A stretch of DNA of 64,000 nucleotides from a virus (taxonomy: Duplodnaviria > Caudoviricetes). The first letter of the stretch is position 1. The number at the start of each line of letters is the position of its first letter. Positions 38,626 through 49,212 of this stretch are shown here, in pieces. The translations under genes were made by a program, and so were the position numbers. The DNA is taken from the IMG/VR virus record IMGVR_UViG_3300042197_001060, positions 7,157 through 71,156 of that record, one strand, 5' to 3'. The notes beneath the pieces were generated by a model. That model did no database searches. It was not told the DNA's origin and was given only the letters and a program-made list of their open reading frames with translations.

Positions 38626-41190
38626 TTAAAATGTAAAAAACTTTTTCGCAGTTTGTGTTTCAGTTGATGCTTTTTCCCACTTCAATGCTTTGTAAAAATC
38701 ATCTAATTTGTTTTCCAATTCTGCTTTGAAAATCATATCTCTATCTACATATTGTTCTACGAAGTCCATAATCTCCTTCGGGTCATTGTAATCTTTGAAT
38801 GCAACCGTATCTAATCCTAATGGGTTTTGTCTTAAATACACCCACTTAACCTTATCACCATCTCTAATTGGTTCGTGTTTAAACGGACAATCAAAGAATT
38901 TCAACAATCTATTATATGATATACCTGCTTTAACGTGCGCAGGAGTTCCTTTATCAAAGTTAGCAATCTGTAATCCACTATCTTTTCTCCACTTGCCATT
39001 ATCGTATTTACTTAACTCCTTAATAGCTCCACCCTTCGCAATTTTATTAACAGGTAAAGTCATCATACTCTTTTTGAAATCCAATAACTTCTTATCAACA
39101 TAATCATTATCTTTTCCCATTAGAATATCTTTCAGCATACCACTCATATAATCCTGAAATGCTTTTGGGAACGATGAACGAACTACATCCAATCCTTTAA
39201 CATCTAGCTTATCACAAGGAATACCATTTTTTAGAATCATCCATTGTGCGTATCTTTTCTTTGCTACCCAAAATCCTGCTTTACTAATGTATTCCTTCTT
39301 AATTTCAAATCGATGTTTATCTTTTGGAATACAGAAGAATCTTTCCGCTAATAAATCATAAAATGAATTCAAAAAAGTTTGGGTTTCATCTGCTATAATG
39401 TTGACCTCCTGTGCCATTCGGTTTTGGTCAAATGTTTTATATTCTGGATAACGATGTTTTACCAATGGTTCTGCCATCATATAGATTGAATCGGTATCGA
39501 TATACACATTGTAATCTTCTTTAGTACCTAACTCCTTATTATATTTGATGTTAGCCATTTCAGCAGTTTTCTTAATTACAGTCTGACCCGTAATCGTAAC
39601 CGCTTCTGCATTATCAATATCATAAAAACGAAATGCTGGTAATCCTAATACTCCATACATCGAGTTTAGAAGAATCTTTTGTACCAATTGTCTTTTAGCA
39701 TAGAATTCATACTTTTCGGTATCACCTGCTTCACCATATTGCTTCTCCAACTTTCTGAATTCAACACGTTGTTTAAACCATGTATCCAAAATATCTGCAA
39801 TCAATCCTGGTTTATCCTGATTATACAACACTCCGTTTGCAGCTACTCCTAAATTACTATCTTTGATTACATCTTTTAATTCTTCTTTGGTGTAATCATA
39901 TGTATCACCACCTGCACCTACAATCGTATACCTATTATTTCCACCTCTAACCCAATGTTCTGCATCCCAATCTTTAATCTTTCCAATTTTGGTTTCAGGT
40001 GAAATGTTTAGGGTCATAATGATTGATGGATATAGAGATGTTAAGTCCAAGTCATAAATCCAATCATACTTTCCAACGATGGGTTCTTTTACATACGCTC
40101 CGATGAACTTCTCTTCGTTATTATCACGAAGTGCCTGCATCTTCTCTTTCCTATCCTTTGGTTTATTTGGTGCTACTAAACCTTTCTTTTTCAAATACGC
40201 TAAACACGCACCCTCTAAATACTTTGATGAGAACATATAATCTTCATACGGTACAAATCCAGCGTGGCAGATTGCTCTACATAACTCAATGAATTGTAGT
40301 TTCTCATCCATTGATACAACCAAGTCTACATCGACAATGTTGTACTCAATAAACTTTTCTAAATCATTCTCAAACAAATCATCCAAACTTCCTTCATACT
40401 CAATCTTACCTCTACCCAATTCTTTGGTAGCAATGTGATTTAGAGTATAGGATGATTCTAATCCATAGTTATAGTTCTTATACAGATTGATATAATCTAA
40501 AATAGATACACCCGCAAAACTCCACTTCTGTCGGTAAGGTGAATAAAAGGTTTGTCCAATTGGAGATAATCTTTTAGCATGTCCCTCCCCACATACATTC
40601 TTAATACGATTGTAAAGATATGGAATATCAAAGAAATCAATGTTCCAACCTGTTAGAATCGTTGGATTAACTTCTTCATAATAATTAAGAAATGCAATTA
40701 GAAGATTTTTTTCATTATCAAAAATATGCAGTTTGACATCTCTACCATCTTTACTGAATTGTTTTGCATTGTTTTTAACTTTCCTTGCTTTATCTAACAC
40801 AAATACATCATACAATTTAGTCACACCATCATGCGATGCTATTGCAGTAATTTCATTTTGTGCAAATTGAGTATTAGGCAACCCACTAACCATTTCAACT
40901 TCTATATCAAAGGTCATTGTTCTGTTTCCTTTTGATGGAGTGTCGGAATCGTATATATCAACTAATACTCTAGTGGTTTCGGGTACATCTGATTCAAACA
41001 AATCTTCAGCTTCATCCTTTTCCCACTTTGAAATACGAGTCAATCTATCACCATGCATTGATGTATGCTGACCGTACGGGTCTTTCTTATATGCATACTT
41101 TCGATATGGGAATGTTTGATAACCATTTGTATCATCCCATAGATGGATAAGATTTTGGGTTCTTTCGTAAAATATATTTTGGTATGCCAT
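38626..41190 (-). CDS. family B DNA polymerase (T4 gp43-like)
   Basis: Exonuclease motifs FDIE, GWN...FDIPY, YNIVD; polymerase motifs DLTSLYPS, KILLNSMYG, YIDTDS, KKRY. Confidence 0.97.
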   Translation of the reverse strand: MAYQNIFYERTQNLIHLWDDTNGYQTFPYRKYAYKKDPYGQHTSMHGDRLTRISKWEKDEAEDLFESDVPETTRVLVDIYDSDTPSKGNRTMTFDIEVEMVSGLPNTQFAQNEITAIASHDGVTKLYDVFVLDKARKVKNNAKQFSKDGRDVKLHIFDNEKNLLIAFLNYYEEVNPTILTGWNIDFFDIPYLYNRIKNVCGEGHAKRLSPIGQTFYSPYRQKWSFAGVSILDYINLYKNYNYGLESSYTLNHIATKELGRGKIEYEGSLDDLFENDLEKFIEYNIVDVDLVVSMDEKLQFIELCRAICHAGFVPYEDYMFSSKYLEGACLAYLKKKGLVAPNKPKDRKEKMQALRDNNEEKFIGAYVKEPIVGKYDWIYDLDLTSLYPSIIMTLNISPETKIGKIKDWDAEHWVRGGNNRYTIVGAGGDTYDYTKEELKDVIKDSNLGVAANGVLYNQDKPGLIADILDTWFKQRVEFRKLEKQYGEAGDTEKYEFYAKRQLVQKILLNSMYGVLGLPAFRFYDIDNAEAVTITGQTVIKKTAEMANIKYNKELGTKEDYNVYIDTDSIYMMAEPLVKHRYPEYKTFDQNRMAQEVNIIADETQTFLNSFYDLLAERFFCIPKDKHRFEIKKEYISKAGFWVAKKRYAQWMILKNGIPCDKLDVKGLDVVRSSFPKAFQDYMSGMLKDILMGKDNDYVDKKLLDFKKSMMTLPVNKIAKGGAIKELSKYDNGKWRKDSGLQIANFDKGTPAHVKAGISYNRLLKFFDCPFKHEPIRDGDKVKWVYLRQNPLGLDTVAFKDYNDPKEIMDFVEQYVDRDMIFKAELENKLDDFYKALKWEKASTETQTAKKFFTF

Positions 41191-41195
41191 TATGT

Positions 41196-41345
41196 TTAAT
41201 CTATACCCAATTTTTCACACAACTCATCATAAATTTGTTGTCCATTTTTAGACAATCTATGATAATCGAATCCCAAATCATGTATCAATAATTTAATCTC
41301 TTTTAACAAGTCTCTAGTTGCACTTTCACTATATGATGCTTTCAT
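41196..41345 (-). CDS. small hypothetical protein (49 aa)
   Basis: Manual translation MKASYSESATRDLLKEIKLLIHDLGFDYHRLSKNGQQIYDELCEKLGID. Confidence 0.55.
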   Translation of the reverse strand: MKASYSESATRDLLKEIKLLIHDLGFDYHRLSKNGQQIYDELCEKLGID

Positions 41346-41357
41346 TTTTTATAATTT

Positions 41358-42929
41358 TTATGGTTTGTAGAAAATAAAGATTGGTTCATATTTGTAAGAT
41401 GTACCACCTATTTTCATACTATTTTTCACTCCACTCAAATCTACCCCAGTCATTGGAGACATTGTCATTCTCAACTTACCTTTATACTCCATTCCTAACT
41501 CAACCAATATATCAATTGAATCTTGCTCCAACGTCCACCACTTATCAGAACCAACTTTAATATCGGCAATGTTCCAACAGATGTATCTATCGTTTCGTAA
41601 ATACTCATACGCAGTTGTTAAAGTAGGTAGTAGGAATCCATCTCTCCAACTATCGTAATTATTGAACTTCTTAAATGATTGAGATTCATCATCTGAATAT
41701 CTCTCTCTATCAAAGTAAGGTGGTGATGTAAATACAAAATCTAGTTTACCTTTGTATTTCTCAAATCTGGCATCTAAATGAATTATTTCAGAACCCGTTG
41801 TAAATATTTCATACGTTGATTTATGCCCCCAAAATGGATTTGCAGCTCCAGGTACTTTACTATTAAAGAATTCACCTAAATACTCATACCTAGTCTTTTG
41901 AATTTCAGGAATAAAATTTTCAGTATTTGGGTCATTACCAATATAATGAATATTTCTATCATCCACACTCAATGCACCTAATATCCTACCACCCCAACCT
42001 GCCGATGGGTCATATACATTGATTACATCTTGCGTTTTAATGTGTTCTGTAAATCTTTGATACAGATACTTCGCAGTTAGTGGTGGAAAATTAACCGCAG
42101 CCTGTGTTCCCATACCAATTCTAAATGCTGCAGTTGCTTCTGGAAAGATAGTTTGACCAAACGGATATGTTTTAATCTGTATAGGTTGTTTTGGAATATC
42201 AACTAAATTGTCAATATTATCTCCCCAATCCGCAGTTTTAAGTGATGAGATATTTTCATACTTTAATATACCTGCTTTGTATAAATCTTTTACTTCCTGC
42301 GCAGTAATTGGTGGTGATGGTACTTTACTATCTGCCTGTGATAAACAAAATCCATGTCCTTCTTGAACTTCACCCGCTGCCCATCTTTCAATCCATTCCT
42401 TGCCACTCTGAATATGTGAGTTATGAAAATCTTTGTGATTTAAGTGTAGGGTTTTAGAAAAACGATACATACCATCTTGCCTAGTCAATCTTCGCATTTG
42501 CTTAATAAACTCTGGCAAATATGCATCATCTACAAATATATCATAAATGGATGGTTTTGGTTTATCGTATGATGAACCACCAATACCAGTCTTATACATT
42601 GCAGGGAAGAATTGATTTACAGGTGTAGCGAATTTATTGAAGTTAAAAATTACTTCATTACCATCATCATCTTTTTCTTCAAACTTATCTACTTTATAGG
42701 TTTGTAGTTTAGAAAAGTTCTCAATGATTTCAGCTTCATCTATACCAATTTTAGGTGGAGCATCGGTTGCTTGCCATCTTTGAACGGCAGTTTTACGAAA
42801 GAATGCCACCCACTCTTCAAATTGAGTGAATGACATTTTTAATACATCTTCGTATTTAAGATTTATTTCAGGAGAATAAATCCAATCGTTTCTTTCGTAA
42901 AAATACTTCTTTGTATAGTTGAAGCTCAT
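41358..42929 (-). CDS. amino-type DNA methyltransferase (N4-C/N6-A)
   Basis: Motif I YDPSAGWGGR and motif IV FTSPPYF. Confidence 0.8.
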   Translation of the reverse strand: MSFNYTKKYFYERNDWIYSPEINLKYEDVLKMSFTQFEEWVAFFRKTAVQRWQATDAPPKIGIDEAEIIENFSKLQTYKVDKFEEKDDDGNEVIFNFNKFATPVNQFFPAMYKTGIGGSSYDKPKPSIYDIFVDDAYLPEFIKQMRRLTRQDGMYRFSKTLHLNHKDFHNSHIQSGKEWIERWAAGEVQEGHGFCLSQADSKVPSPPITAQEVKDLYKAGILKYENISSLKTADWGDNIDNLVDIPKQPIQIKTYPFGQTIFPEATAAFRIGMGTQAAVNFPPLTAKYLYQRFTEHIKTQDVINVYDPSAGWGGRILGALSVDDRNIHYIGNDPNTENFIPEIQKTRYEYLGEFFNSKVPGAANPFWGHKSTYEIFTTGSEIIHLDARFEKYKGKLDFVFTSPPYFDRERYSDDESQSFKKFNNYDSWRDGFLLPTLTTAYEYLRNDRYICWNIADIKVGSDKWWTLEQDSIDILVELGMEYKGKLRMTMSPMTGVDLSGVKNSMKIGGTSYKYEPIFIFYKP

Positions 42930-42930
42930 T

Positions 42931-43650
42931 TTATGCAGTTAATTGTACTTCTACCAAATAGTAGTTTGCAGTGAAATCATCAATTTTGAATTCAACATGC
43001 GCTAATCCTGAAGTAGATATTTTCAACACTACGGAAGTAGCTTCTTTGTTTGCAGAGAAAATTTCTTTAAGATACTTTGCAGAGAATGAAATAGGTTTAA
43101 CTTCTTCTGTGTATTCTTTATTAACCGAAAATTCAATTAGAGTTGAATTTACATTTGAATACCCCAACACAAGTTTCAATTCGTTGTTTTTTGTAAGAAC
43201 GGTAAATGTATCAACATCAGATAATGCGTTTTTAGCTTTGATAAACTTATCAATAAATTTACCATCAAATCCAATTTCAACATCAAATTCAGGCAAAGAT
43301 TTCAAATCTGGAACTGAAGGAATAACTGCCAAATCTGCTAATTGAAATTGAGCTTTTGTATCATCACTTTTGATAAACAAACTTACCGCTTTTCCTTCAA
43401 CTTGCTGAACATCCAATTCGATATCTTCTCCTACAACTGATAACAATTTTATTAATTGAGATGTTGTGTAAATACCTAAATTAGGTGTTGTTTGTGTAAA
43501 ATTATCTAGTTGAATTTCACCTAATACTGTTTTATCATCAGAGATAAAACGAGTAACCAATTTACCATCTGCTGCTTTCCATGCAACAGATTCTACCAAT
43601 CCTGCCAAATTATACTTTTGGATAAATCTTGTAACTCTTGTTTTGTTCAT
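42931..43650 (-). CDS. sliding clamp (gp45/PCNA-like)
   Basis: 239 aa with clamp-like pattern (GIYTTSQLIKLLS, FSAKYLKEI, ISTSGLAHVEF, YYLV); lies between PolB and other replication genes. Confidence 0.75.
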   Translation of the reverse strand: MNKTRVTRFIQKYNLAGLVESVAWKAADGKLVTRFISDDKTVLGEIQLDNFTQTTPNLGIYTTSQLIKLLSVVGEDIELDVQQVEGKAVSLFIKSDDTKAQFQLADLAVIPSVPDLKSLPEFDVEIGFDGKFIDKFIKAKNALSDVDTFTVLTKNNELKLVLGYSNVNSTLIEFSVNKEYTEEVKPISFSAKYLKEIFSANKEATSVVLKISTSGLAHVEFKIDDFTANYYLVEVQLTA

Positions 43651-43674
43651 GTTTTTTTAAAATTTAATTGTTTA

Positions 43675-43705
43675 CGAATATAATATATTTTTTTGATATT
43701 TACAA
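43675..43705 (-). promoter_or_regulatory. Bacteroidota-type promoter
   Basis: Minus strand TTG-N20-TATATTCG. Confidence 0.65.
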
Positions 43706-43709
43706 GCCA

Positions 43710-44939
43710 CTATGGTTTTTTCCATACCCATACTGGCTCACAAAATGTTTTGTTTTTTGCTTCTTCCGCTTTTAGTAATGCTTCTTCGGTATATCGTTCT
43801 TCATCGCCATCTATAATCATTCCAGCACCTGCACTACCAGGTCTCTTTGCCATTTCCATACCCAAACAACCTTCATATTCTCCGCCTAAAGAAGCAATGA
43901 AATCGTTCATAGGGTTTGTAATTTCTTGATACCCCTTACCATCTCCTTTGGAAGATGCGTATACATCGGCAATGTTAATTGCTAAATACCCACCCTTTCT
44001 AATAGTAGGCCAAACCTTTTCGATTGTTTTGTGTAAGAATAATTTATTCCATGCATCAATGTTGTTGTATCTAACCCAACTCTGCGTATCATCATAAGAA
44101 TATCGCTCAACATTGAAGTACGGTGGTGAGCTGAATACAATGTCAAAGTAATCTGTATATTCGGAGTAATCCATATCTTCGGCAGGTGAACAATGAAATG
44201 TTGCTCTTTTATCTGTTTCAAAAAATCCATTATGTTTTTTGTAGAATTGAGCCTGTTGTTCATAAATTGGATGATTTTCTTTTCTCGGGTCAATCCCCAC
44301 ATAGTGTTCACCTTTTTCAGATGCCATAAATCCACACAATCTATCTCCCCATCCTGCCGAAATATCTAACACATTCTTTGCATCTACCATATCGTAAAGT
44401 GCTTTGGCAACATTGGGTTTGAATTGTGAGCAAATATATTTTCTTAAACTCAAACAAACTCGTAGTTCATTTCTCCCAACTGAATCGAATTTAAGAGTGT
44501 ATAACCCACCCATTAAAGATGTCATAAAATCTTTACTATTCCAAGTACGATATGGTCCAGGTGAAACTGTACCATCTACACTCCATCTGTTAGCCTGTTG
44601 AAAGAAATTGGATGCAGAATTACCAGTATTTAATCTTTTTACAAATTGTTGTTTACCTCTAAATGTTAATGGATATTTACTATCGGATGCTTTACGAGGA
44701 AACCATTCACCTTCTTTAAGTAGTTCGTTGTAACGAGTTCCTTTGAGTGCAAGGTATTCCTTTCTGGCTTCCGTTTCTGTGATTTCGGCATAGGGCAAAT
44801 CGTATTCCATACATACTTCTGCCAAAGATTCTTTTACATCATCTATTTCATATGTATTTTTTATATGAGTCCACTCCTCACTATTGATGTGAAGATATGG
44901 TTTCATATCTCTAAATTTATTAAAATACTCTATGAACAT
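43710..44939 (-). CDS. second amino-type DNA methyltransferase
   Basis: FKPNVAK, LDISAGWGDRL, FSSPPYF. Confidence 0.8.
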   Translation of the reverse strand: MFIEYFNKFRDMKPYLHINSEEWTHIKNTYEIDDVKESLAEVCMEYDLPYAEITETEARKEYLALKGTRYNELLKEGEWFPRKASDSKYPLTFRGKQQFVKRLNTGNSASNFFQQANRWSVDGTVSPGPYRTWNSKDFMTSLMGGLYTLKFDSVGRNELRVCLSLRKYICSQFKPNVAKALYDMVDAKNVLDISAGWGDRLCGFMASEKGEHYVGIDPRKENHPIYEQQAQFYKKHNGFFETDKRATFHCSPAEDMDYSEYTDYFDIVFSSPPYFNVERYSYDDTQSWVRYNNIDAWNKLFLHKTIEKVWPTIRKGGYLAINIADVYASSKGDGKGYQEITNPMNDFIASLGGEYEGCLGMEMAKRPGSAGAGMIIDGDEERYTEEALLKAEEAKNKTFCEPVWVWKKP

Positions 44940-45505
44940 ATTGTTTCTATATTTTTATCTGCAACTAATCTTAATCTATACACTATACCTTTGATAATAC
45001 CATCCTTTTTACTTGTCCAAAATATTTCAGAATCTTTTTCAAATCCATATCGATTGTAAAACTTAACCGCTTCATCATTATGCTCTCTAACGGTTAGAAA
45101 TAAGTTTTCAGCATGATGTGATTTACAATATTCTACAAATCTATCTAATACAATTTTAGCTGCACCTTTGACAGTGTCATTTGTTGCGATTTGGTGTAAA
45201 ATAAAATCTCCACGTTTTTTATATGTGGTTGCGTTTCTACTCATTTTTCCACTACTTTTATATCTTCCAAACGTTAATACCACACCATCCTGCAATATAA
45301 CTCCACCTTTTTCAAAATACTTTCGTAATTTAAAACCCTGCTTATATAGATGTGGAAATATCATTGGATACATATTGATAATACCCATAGCTTCTTCGGT
45401 TGCTAATTCCAATTCTTTTGTTGGATATTCATTTCCGAATTTATCACTTATTACTCCCGCTTTTACAATATTTAATGTATTGAAGAAATTTATAAATTTA
45501 CGCAT
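44930..45505 (-). CDS. GNAT-family acyltransferase
   Basis: LHQIA...KGAAK...LTVREHNDEAVKFYNRYGF. Confidence 0.85.
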   Translation of the reverse strand: MRKFINFFNTLNIVKAGVISDKFGNEYPTKELELATEEAMGIINMYPMIFPHLYKQGFKLRKYFEKGGVILQDGVVLTFGRYKSSGKMSRNATTYKKRGDFILHQIATNDTVKGAAKIVLDRFVEYCKSHHAENLFLTVREHNDEAVKFYNRYGFEKDSEIFWTSKKDGIIKGIVYRLRLVADKNIETICS

Positions 45506-46955
45506 ATTTAAAAAACTTATTTAGATTTAAAACGTCCTTATATAAAAATAGTGAATTTAATTGAGATTTCAAAGTCTTTTTCCTAGATTCTATTATCTCA
45601 CCAGTTCTTGCTCCCTTTGCAAAAAATACTTTAGGTCTGAATAATAACTCATCGGATATTTCTCCCTTAAATGCCGCTCTTAATAAAGGTTTCATATGCC
45701 CACCTTCTTTTTGATACAATGGCGGAATGTTTAGTGTATATTCTACAAAAGGTCTCCAACTATACGGAGTTCGGATTTCAACTGTCCCACCCCACATAAT
45801 GGACTGATTTGTTGTTAAAAAGTTTGTTTTATGCACATCCTTTACCAACTTTCTTCGGGCAACATCATAATCTTCAGGTCTCCAATGAAACGCTTGAATG
45901 TGTCCATAACTACCCCATATCTCATCGGAAAGGTCACCAGAAAATACTACCTTAAATCCTAACTCATTTATCTTCTTACCTAATGCAATTTGAGCGATAG
46001 CCGAACCCAAATTCTGCCACCTACTTTGCTCAATTACATACAGAGTTTCAGGAATTGCATTTATAACATCATCTTCAGTTAAAATGATTTCATGCAGTTT
46101 TACACCAAATTCCTTTGCTGCAATTCTTGCATATTTTATATCATCGTTTTTAGTATCACCGTCTCCCATTGATACTACAAATGCTTCGATTTGTGGATAC
46201 TTCTTTGATAAAAGGTATGTTGATATGACGGAATCAATGCCCCCACTTAAAATGGTACAAATAGGTACATCTGAAACCATCTTTACCTCTACCGCTTCTT
46301 CTAACATTTTTCTGATATTTTTAACAATGGTATCTCTATCATCATTTATAATTTCAGATGGTAATTCATAATAAGTTTTGATTGAATTTTCTAAAGTTTT
46401 GTAATTGTATTCTACAAAAGTACCTGGATAAACGGCTTTGACCTGTTTTTCATACAAATCAGAAATAGGCAATCCTTTCTTTTCAGAACAAAAAACCAAT
46501 TTACCATCATTATCAATTGCATACCAAAGTGGCAGTTCTCCTACATAATCTCTAACTAAAAAAGCAGTGTTGATTCTACTATCAACTATACAAAATGAAA
46601 ACATCCCATCCAATTCACCAAATGAGCCTACTCCATAATCTAAATATGCATTTAAAATTACTTCGGTATCTGATTTTGTTTTGAATGAAGTTGTTATACT
46701 ATCGCGTAATGTTTGAGTATATGCACTATCCCACAATTCTCCATTGTAAACAATACAAACGGTCTTATCTTCATTCCACATTGGTTGGTTTGCAGATGAA
46801 GATAAGTCCTGTATTGAAAGACGATTGTGACCGATATAGAAATCATCCACAACATCTACTTGCGAAGCATCTCTACCTCTATGAATTATTTTATTTAATT
46901 GAGTAAAGGTTTGTTCATTAGATGTAAACCAATTACCACCTATTATTCCACACAT
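45498..46955 (-). CDS. asparagine synthetase (glutamine-hydrolysing)-like amidotransferase
   Basis: N-terminal MCG, HRGRD, HNRLSI, NGE, SDTEV, LSGGIDS, SDE. Confidence 0.9.
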   Translation of the reverse strand: MCGIIGGNWFTSNEQTFTQLNKIIHRGRDASQVDVVDDFYIGHNRLSIQDLSSSANQPMWNEDKTVCIVYNGELWDSAYTQTLRDSITTSFKTKSDTEVILNAYLDYGVGSFGELDGMFSFCIVDSRINTAFLVRDYVGELPLWYAIDNDGKLVFCSEKKGLPISDLYEKQVKAVYPGTFVEYNYKTLENSIKTYYELPSEIINDDRDTIVKNIRKMLEEAVEVKMVSDVPICTILSGGIDSVISTYLLSKKYPQIEAFVVSMGDGDTKNDDIKYARIAAKEFGVKLHEIILTEDDVINAIPETLYVIEQSRWQNLGSAIAQIALGKKINELGFKVVFSGDLSDEIWGSYGHIQAFHWRPEDYDVARRKLVKDVHKTNFLTTNQSIMWGGTVEIRTPYSWRPFVEYTLNIPPLYQKEGGHMKPLLRAAFKGEISDELLFRPKVFFAKGARTGEIIESRKKTLKSQLNSLFLYKDVLNLNKFFKYA

Positions 46956-46973
46956 AACCGATTTAGAAAAGTT

Positions 46974-47237
46974 TTACTTTAAGTGTTCATTTAAAGCATT
47001 CATATATGTTAATTTAGAGGATACTCCAGTAAATCTTTCAACCTCTACACCATTTTTTTCAATTACAATTGTTGGTACTGAACGAATTGAGTATTTAGTA
47101 GCTTCAGTATATGCTTCATCCACATCATAATCTTCAAACTTTACATTTGAAAATTGAGTTTTAACTTCGTTAATTACGGGTGCTAATGTTCTGCATGGAC
47201 CACACCAAGACGCACTAAATTTCTTTACTGTTAACAT
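46974..47237 (-). CDS. trxA: thioredoxin
   Basis: WCGPC and SVPT. Confidence 0.92.
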   Translation of the reverse strand: MLTVKKFSASWCGPCRTLAPVINEVKTQFSNVKFEDYDVDEAYTEATKYSIRSVPTIVIEKNGVEVERFTGVSSKLTYMNALNEHLK

Positions 47238-47406
47238 ATTTTTTATTTTTTGGTTTTCCCTTTAATTTTTCAATTAACTTAAATTTTCGGACTTGCTTTA
47301 ATTTCCTATTTAATGGATTTTCGTTTTCTTCAATTCTATTTAGTTTTTTTTCTAACTGAATTAACTTTTTAGCTACTTTACCTTTATCAATTTTATTTTC
47401 ACTCAT
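47215..47406 (-). CDS. small basic hypothetical protein
   Basis: 63-aa Lys-rich ORF between nrdA and thioredoxin. Confidence 0.5.
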   Translation of the reverse strand: MSENKIDKGKVAKKLIQLEKKLNRIEENENPLNRKLKQVRKFKLIEKLKGKPKNKKYVNSKEI

Positions 47407-47422
47407 AATAATGTTTTTTTAT

Positions 47423-49204
47423 TTATCCTTCACAACTTACACATTCGGGGTCCATTGCTCTTGCCGCAATATCTCCTCGTAAAACTGATTCAGTTCTCAT
47501 ATAATATAACGTTTTTACTCCTTGTTTCCAAGCTTCCATATGGATTTGATTTATCCATTTTGGTTCCGCAGTTGCAGGAAACGCCAAGTTTAAAGAAACG
47601 GCCTGGTCGATATATTGTTGTCTTACACCGGCTTGTCTTACTAAATCTAATTGGTTGATTTCTTTAAATGTTTTGAATACATCTTTAACTGAATTACATC
47701 TATGTGCTCTTTCATCTATCGATACTTCTTTACATTCAAGTAACTTACCATCTGAAAAACAATAATCATCTAAAAAGTCCAAATCTTGTACTGAACCACC
47801 ATCTGCTAAAATCTTATCCCATACCTCTTTGGTATTTTTTCCAATCTTACGAAGTGCTCTTTCCAATTCAGGATTCTTTCTAATGAATGTGCCCTTTGCA
47901 GTTTGTTCTGTAAAAACATTTGCTGCCCAAGGTTCAATACCACTACTTACGTTACCACTCAATTTAGAGTTTGAAACAGTCGGTGCTACTGCTCTTAAAT
48001 GCGTATTACGGAAACCACTTTCTTTACACCATAGTGGTTCACCATATTCAGATGCCAAATCTCTACTTGCTCTTTCAGATTCAATCTTCATTTGGGAAAA
48101 AATCTTACGGGTTTCAAATTGAGCTTGCAATCCTTCGAATGGTAATCCTTTTTGTTGTAAGTAAGTGTGCCATCCCAATACACCTAACCCCAATGCTCTA
48201 CCTCTTTCTGCTGAACGAACTGAATTCTCAAATCCTTTCATATTTTTTGCTCTTTGGATAAACTCTTCCAATACACCATCTAAAAAGATAGTAGCAGTAT
48301 ATATCAAATCTGTATCTTTCCACTCATCGTATTTAGCTAAATTCAATGATGATAAGCAACAAACAAATGAATGTTGTTCATCGGTGTGTAGAACGATTTC
48401 AGAACAAATGTTAGTCATGTGAACTTTCAATCCATTCTTTTTGTACATATCAGGATTTGCTTTGTTTACATTTCCTTTGTACATAATGTATGGTTCACCA
48501 GTTGCTTTTCTTTTCTGAAGTATCTTACCCCATTTTCTACGAGCTTCCGAATCACCTTCTTCTACCTTTCTCATAAATCTATCACTAACTACAACACATT
48601 GATGTAAGTTAAGTGATTGACGATTCACATCTCCCTTTGGTTCTCTGATTTCTAAAAAATCTTCAAAATCCTTATGTTCTACTTTAATGTTTACCGATGC
48701 TGCTCCTCTACGAACACTACCCTGATTCGTTGCAAGTATCGTAGAATCGTATATTTTAGCAAATGGTACAATACCATCGGATGTTCCGTTGCCAGTAATT
48801 TTACTACCTGCTGGTCGAATCATATTGATACCAATACCAACTCCACCACCATGCTTTGCTAACAACATTAACTCCAAGTTCTTTGAACCAATTTCATAGA
48901 TACTATCACCTACATCAATACCGAAACATGAGATTGGTAAACCTCTATCAGTACCAGTATTTGATAATACAGGAGTTGCTAAACACAACCATCCTTTCCA
49001 AATGTAATCAAAGAACTTTGTTGCCAATTGTGGTTTCTCCAATCTTTTAGCAACTGCCGTAGCAACTCTCCAATATGCATCCTTTGGTTTTTCACCAGCT
49101 TGTAGGTAAGTTTTAGATATAGTTTTTACATATATCTCATTATTTCCCCAAGATGGGAAATCAACATCTACTTCCCATCCGTATTCTTCTCCGTAATTTC
49201 TCAT
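47423..49204 (-). CDS. nrdA: ribonucleotide reductase class Ia alpha subunit (short, no ATP cone)
   Basis: PISCF, TNICSEI, CCLSS, APTVS, KTLYY, C-terminal CVSCEG. Confidence 0.95.
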   Translation of the reverse strand: MRNYGEEYGWEVDVDFPSWGNNEIYVKTISKTYLQAGEKPKDAYWRVATAVAKRLEKPQLATKFFDYIWKGWLCLATPVLSNTGTDRGLPISCFGIDVGDSIYEIGSKNLELMLLAKHGGGVGIGINMIRPAGSKITGNGTSDGIVPFAKIYDSTILATNQGSVRRGAASVNIKVEHKDFEDFLEIREPKGDVNRQSLNLHQCVVVSDRFMRKVEEGDSEARRKWGKILQKRKATGEPYIMYKGNVNKANPDMYKKNGLKVHMTNICSEIVLHTDEQHSFVCCLSSLNLAKYDEWKDTDLIYTATIFLDGVLEEFIQRAKNMKGFENSVRSAERGRALGLGVLGWHTYLQQKGLPFEGLQAQFETRKIFSQMKIESERASRDLASEYGEPLWCKESGFRNTHLRAVAPTVSNSKLSGNVSSGIEPWAANVFTEQTAKGTFIRKNPELERALRKIGKNTKEVWDKILADGGSVQDLDFLDDYCFSDGKLLECKEVSIDERAHRCNSVKDVFKTFKEINQLDLVRQAGVRQQYIDQAVSLNLAFPATAEPKWINQIHMEAWKQGVKTLYYMRTESVLRGDIAARAMDPECVSCEG

Positions 49205-49212
49205 AATCTTTT

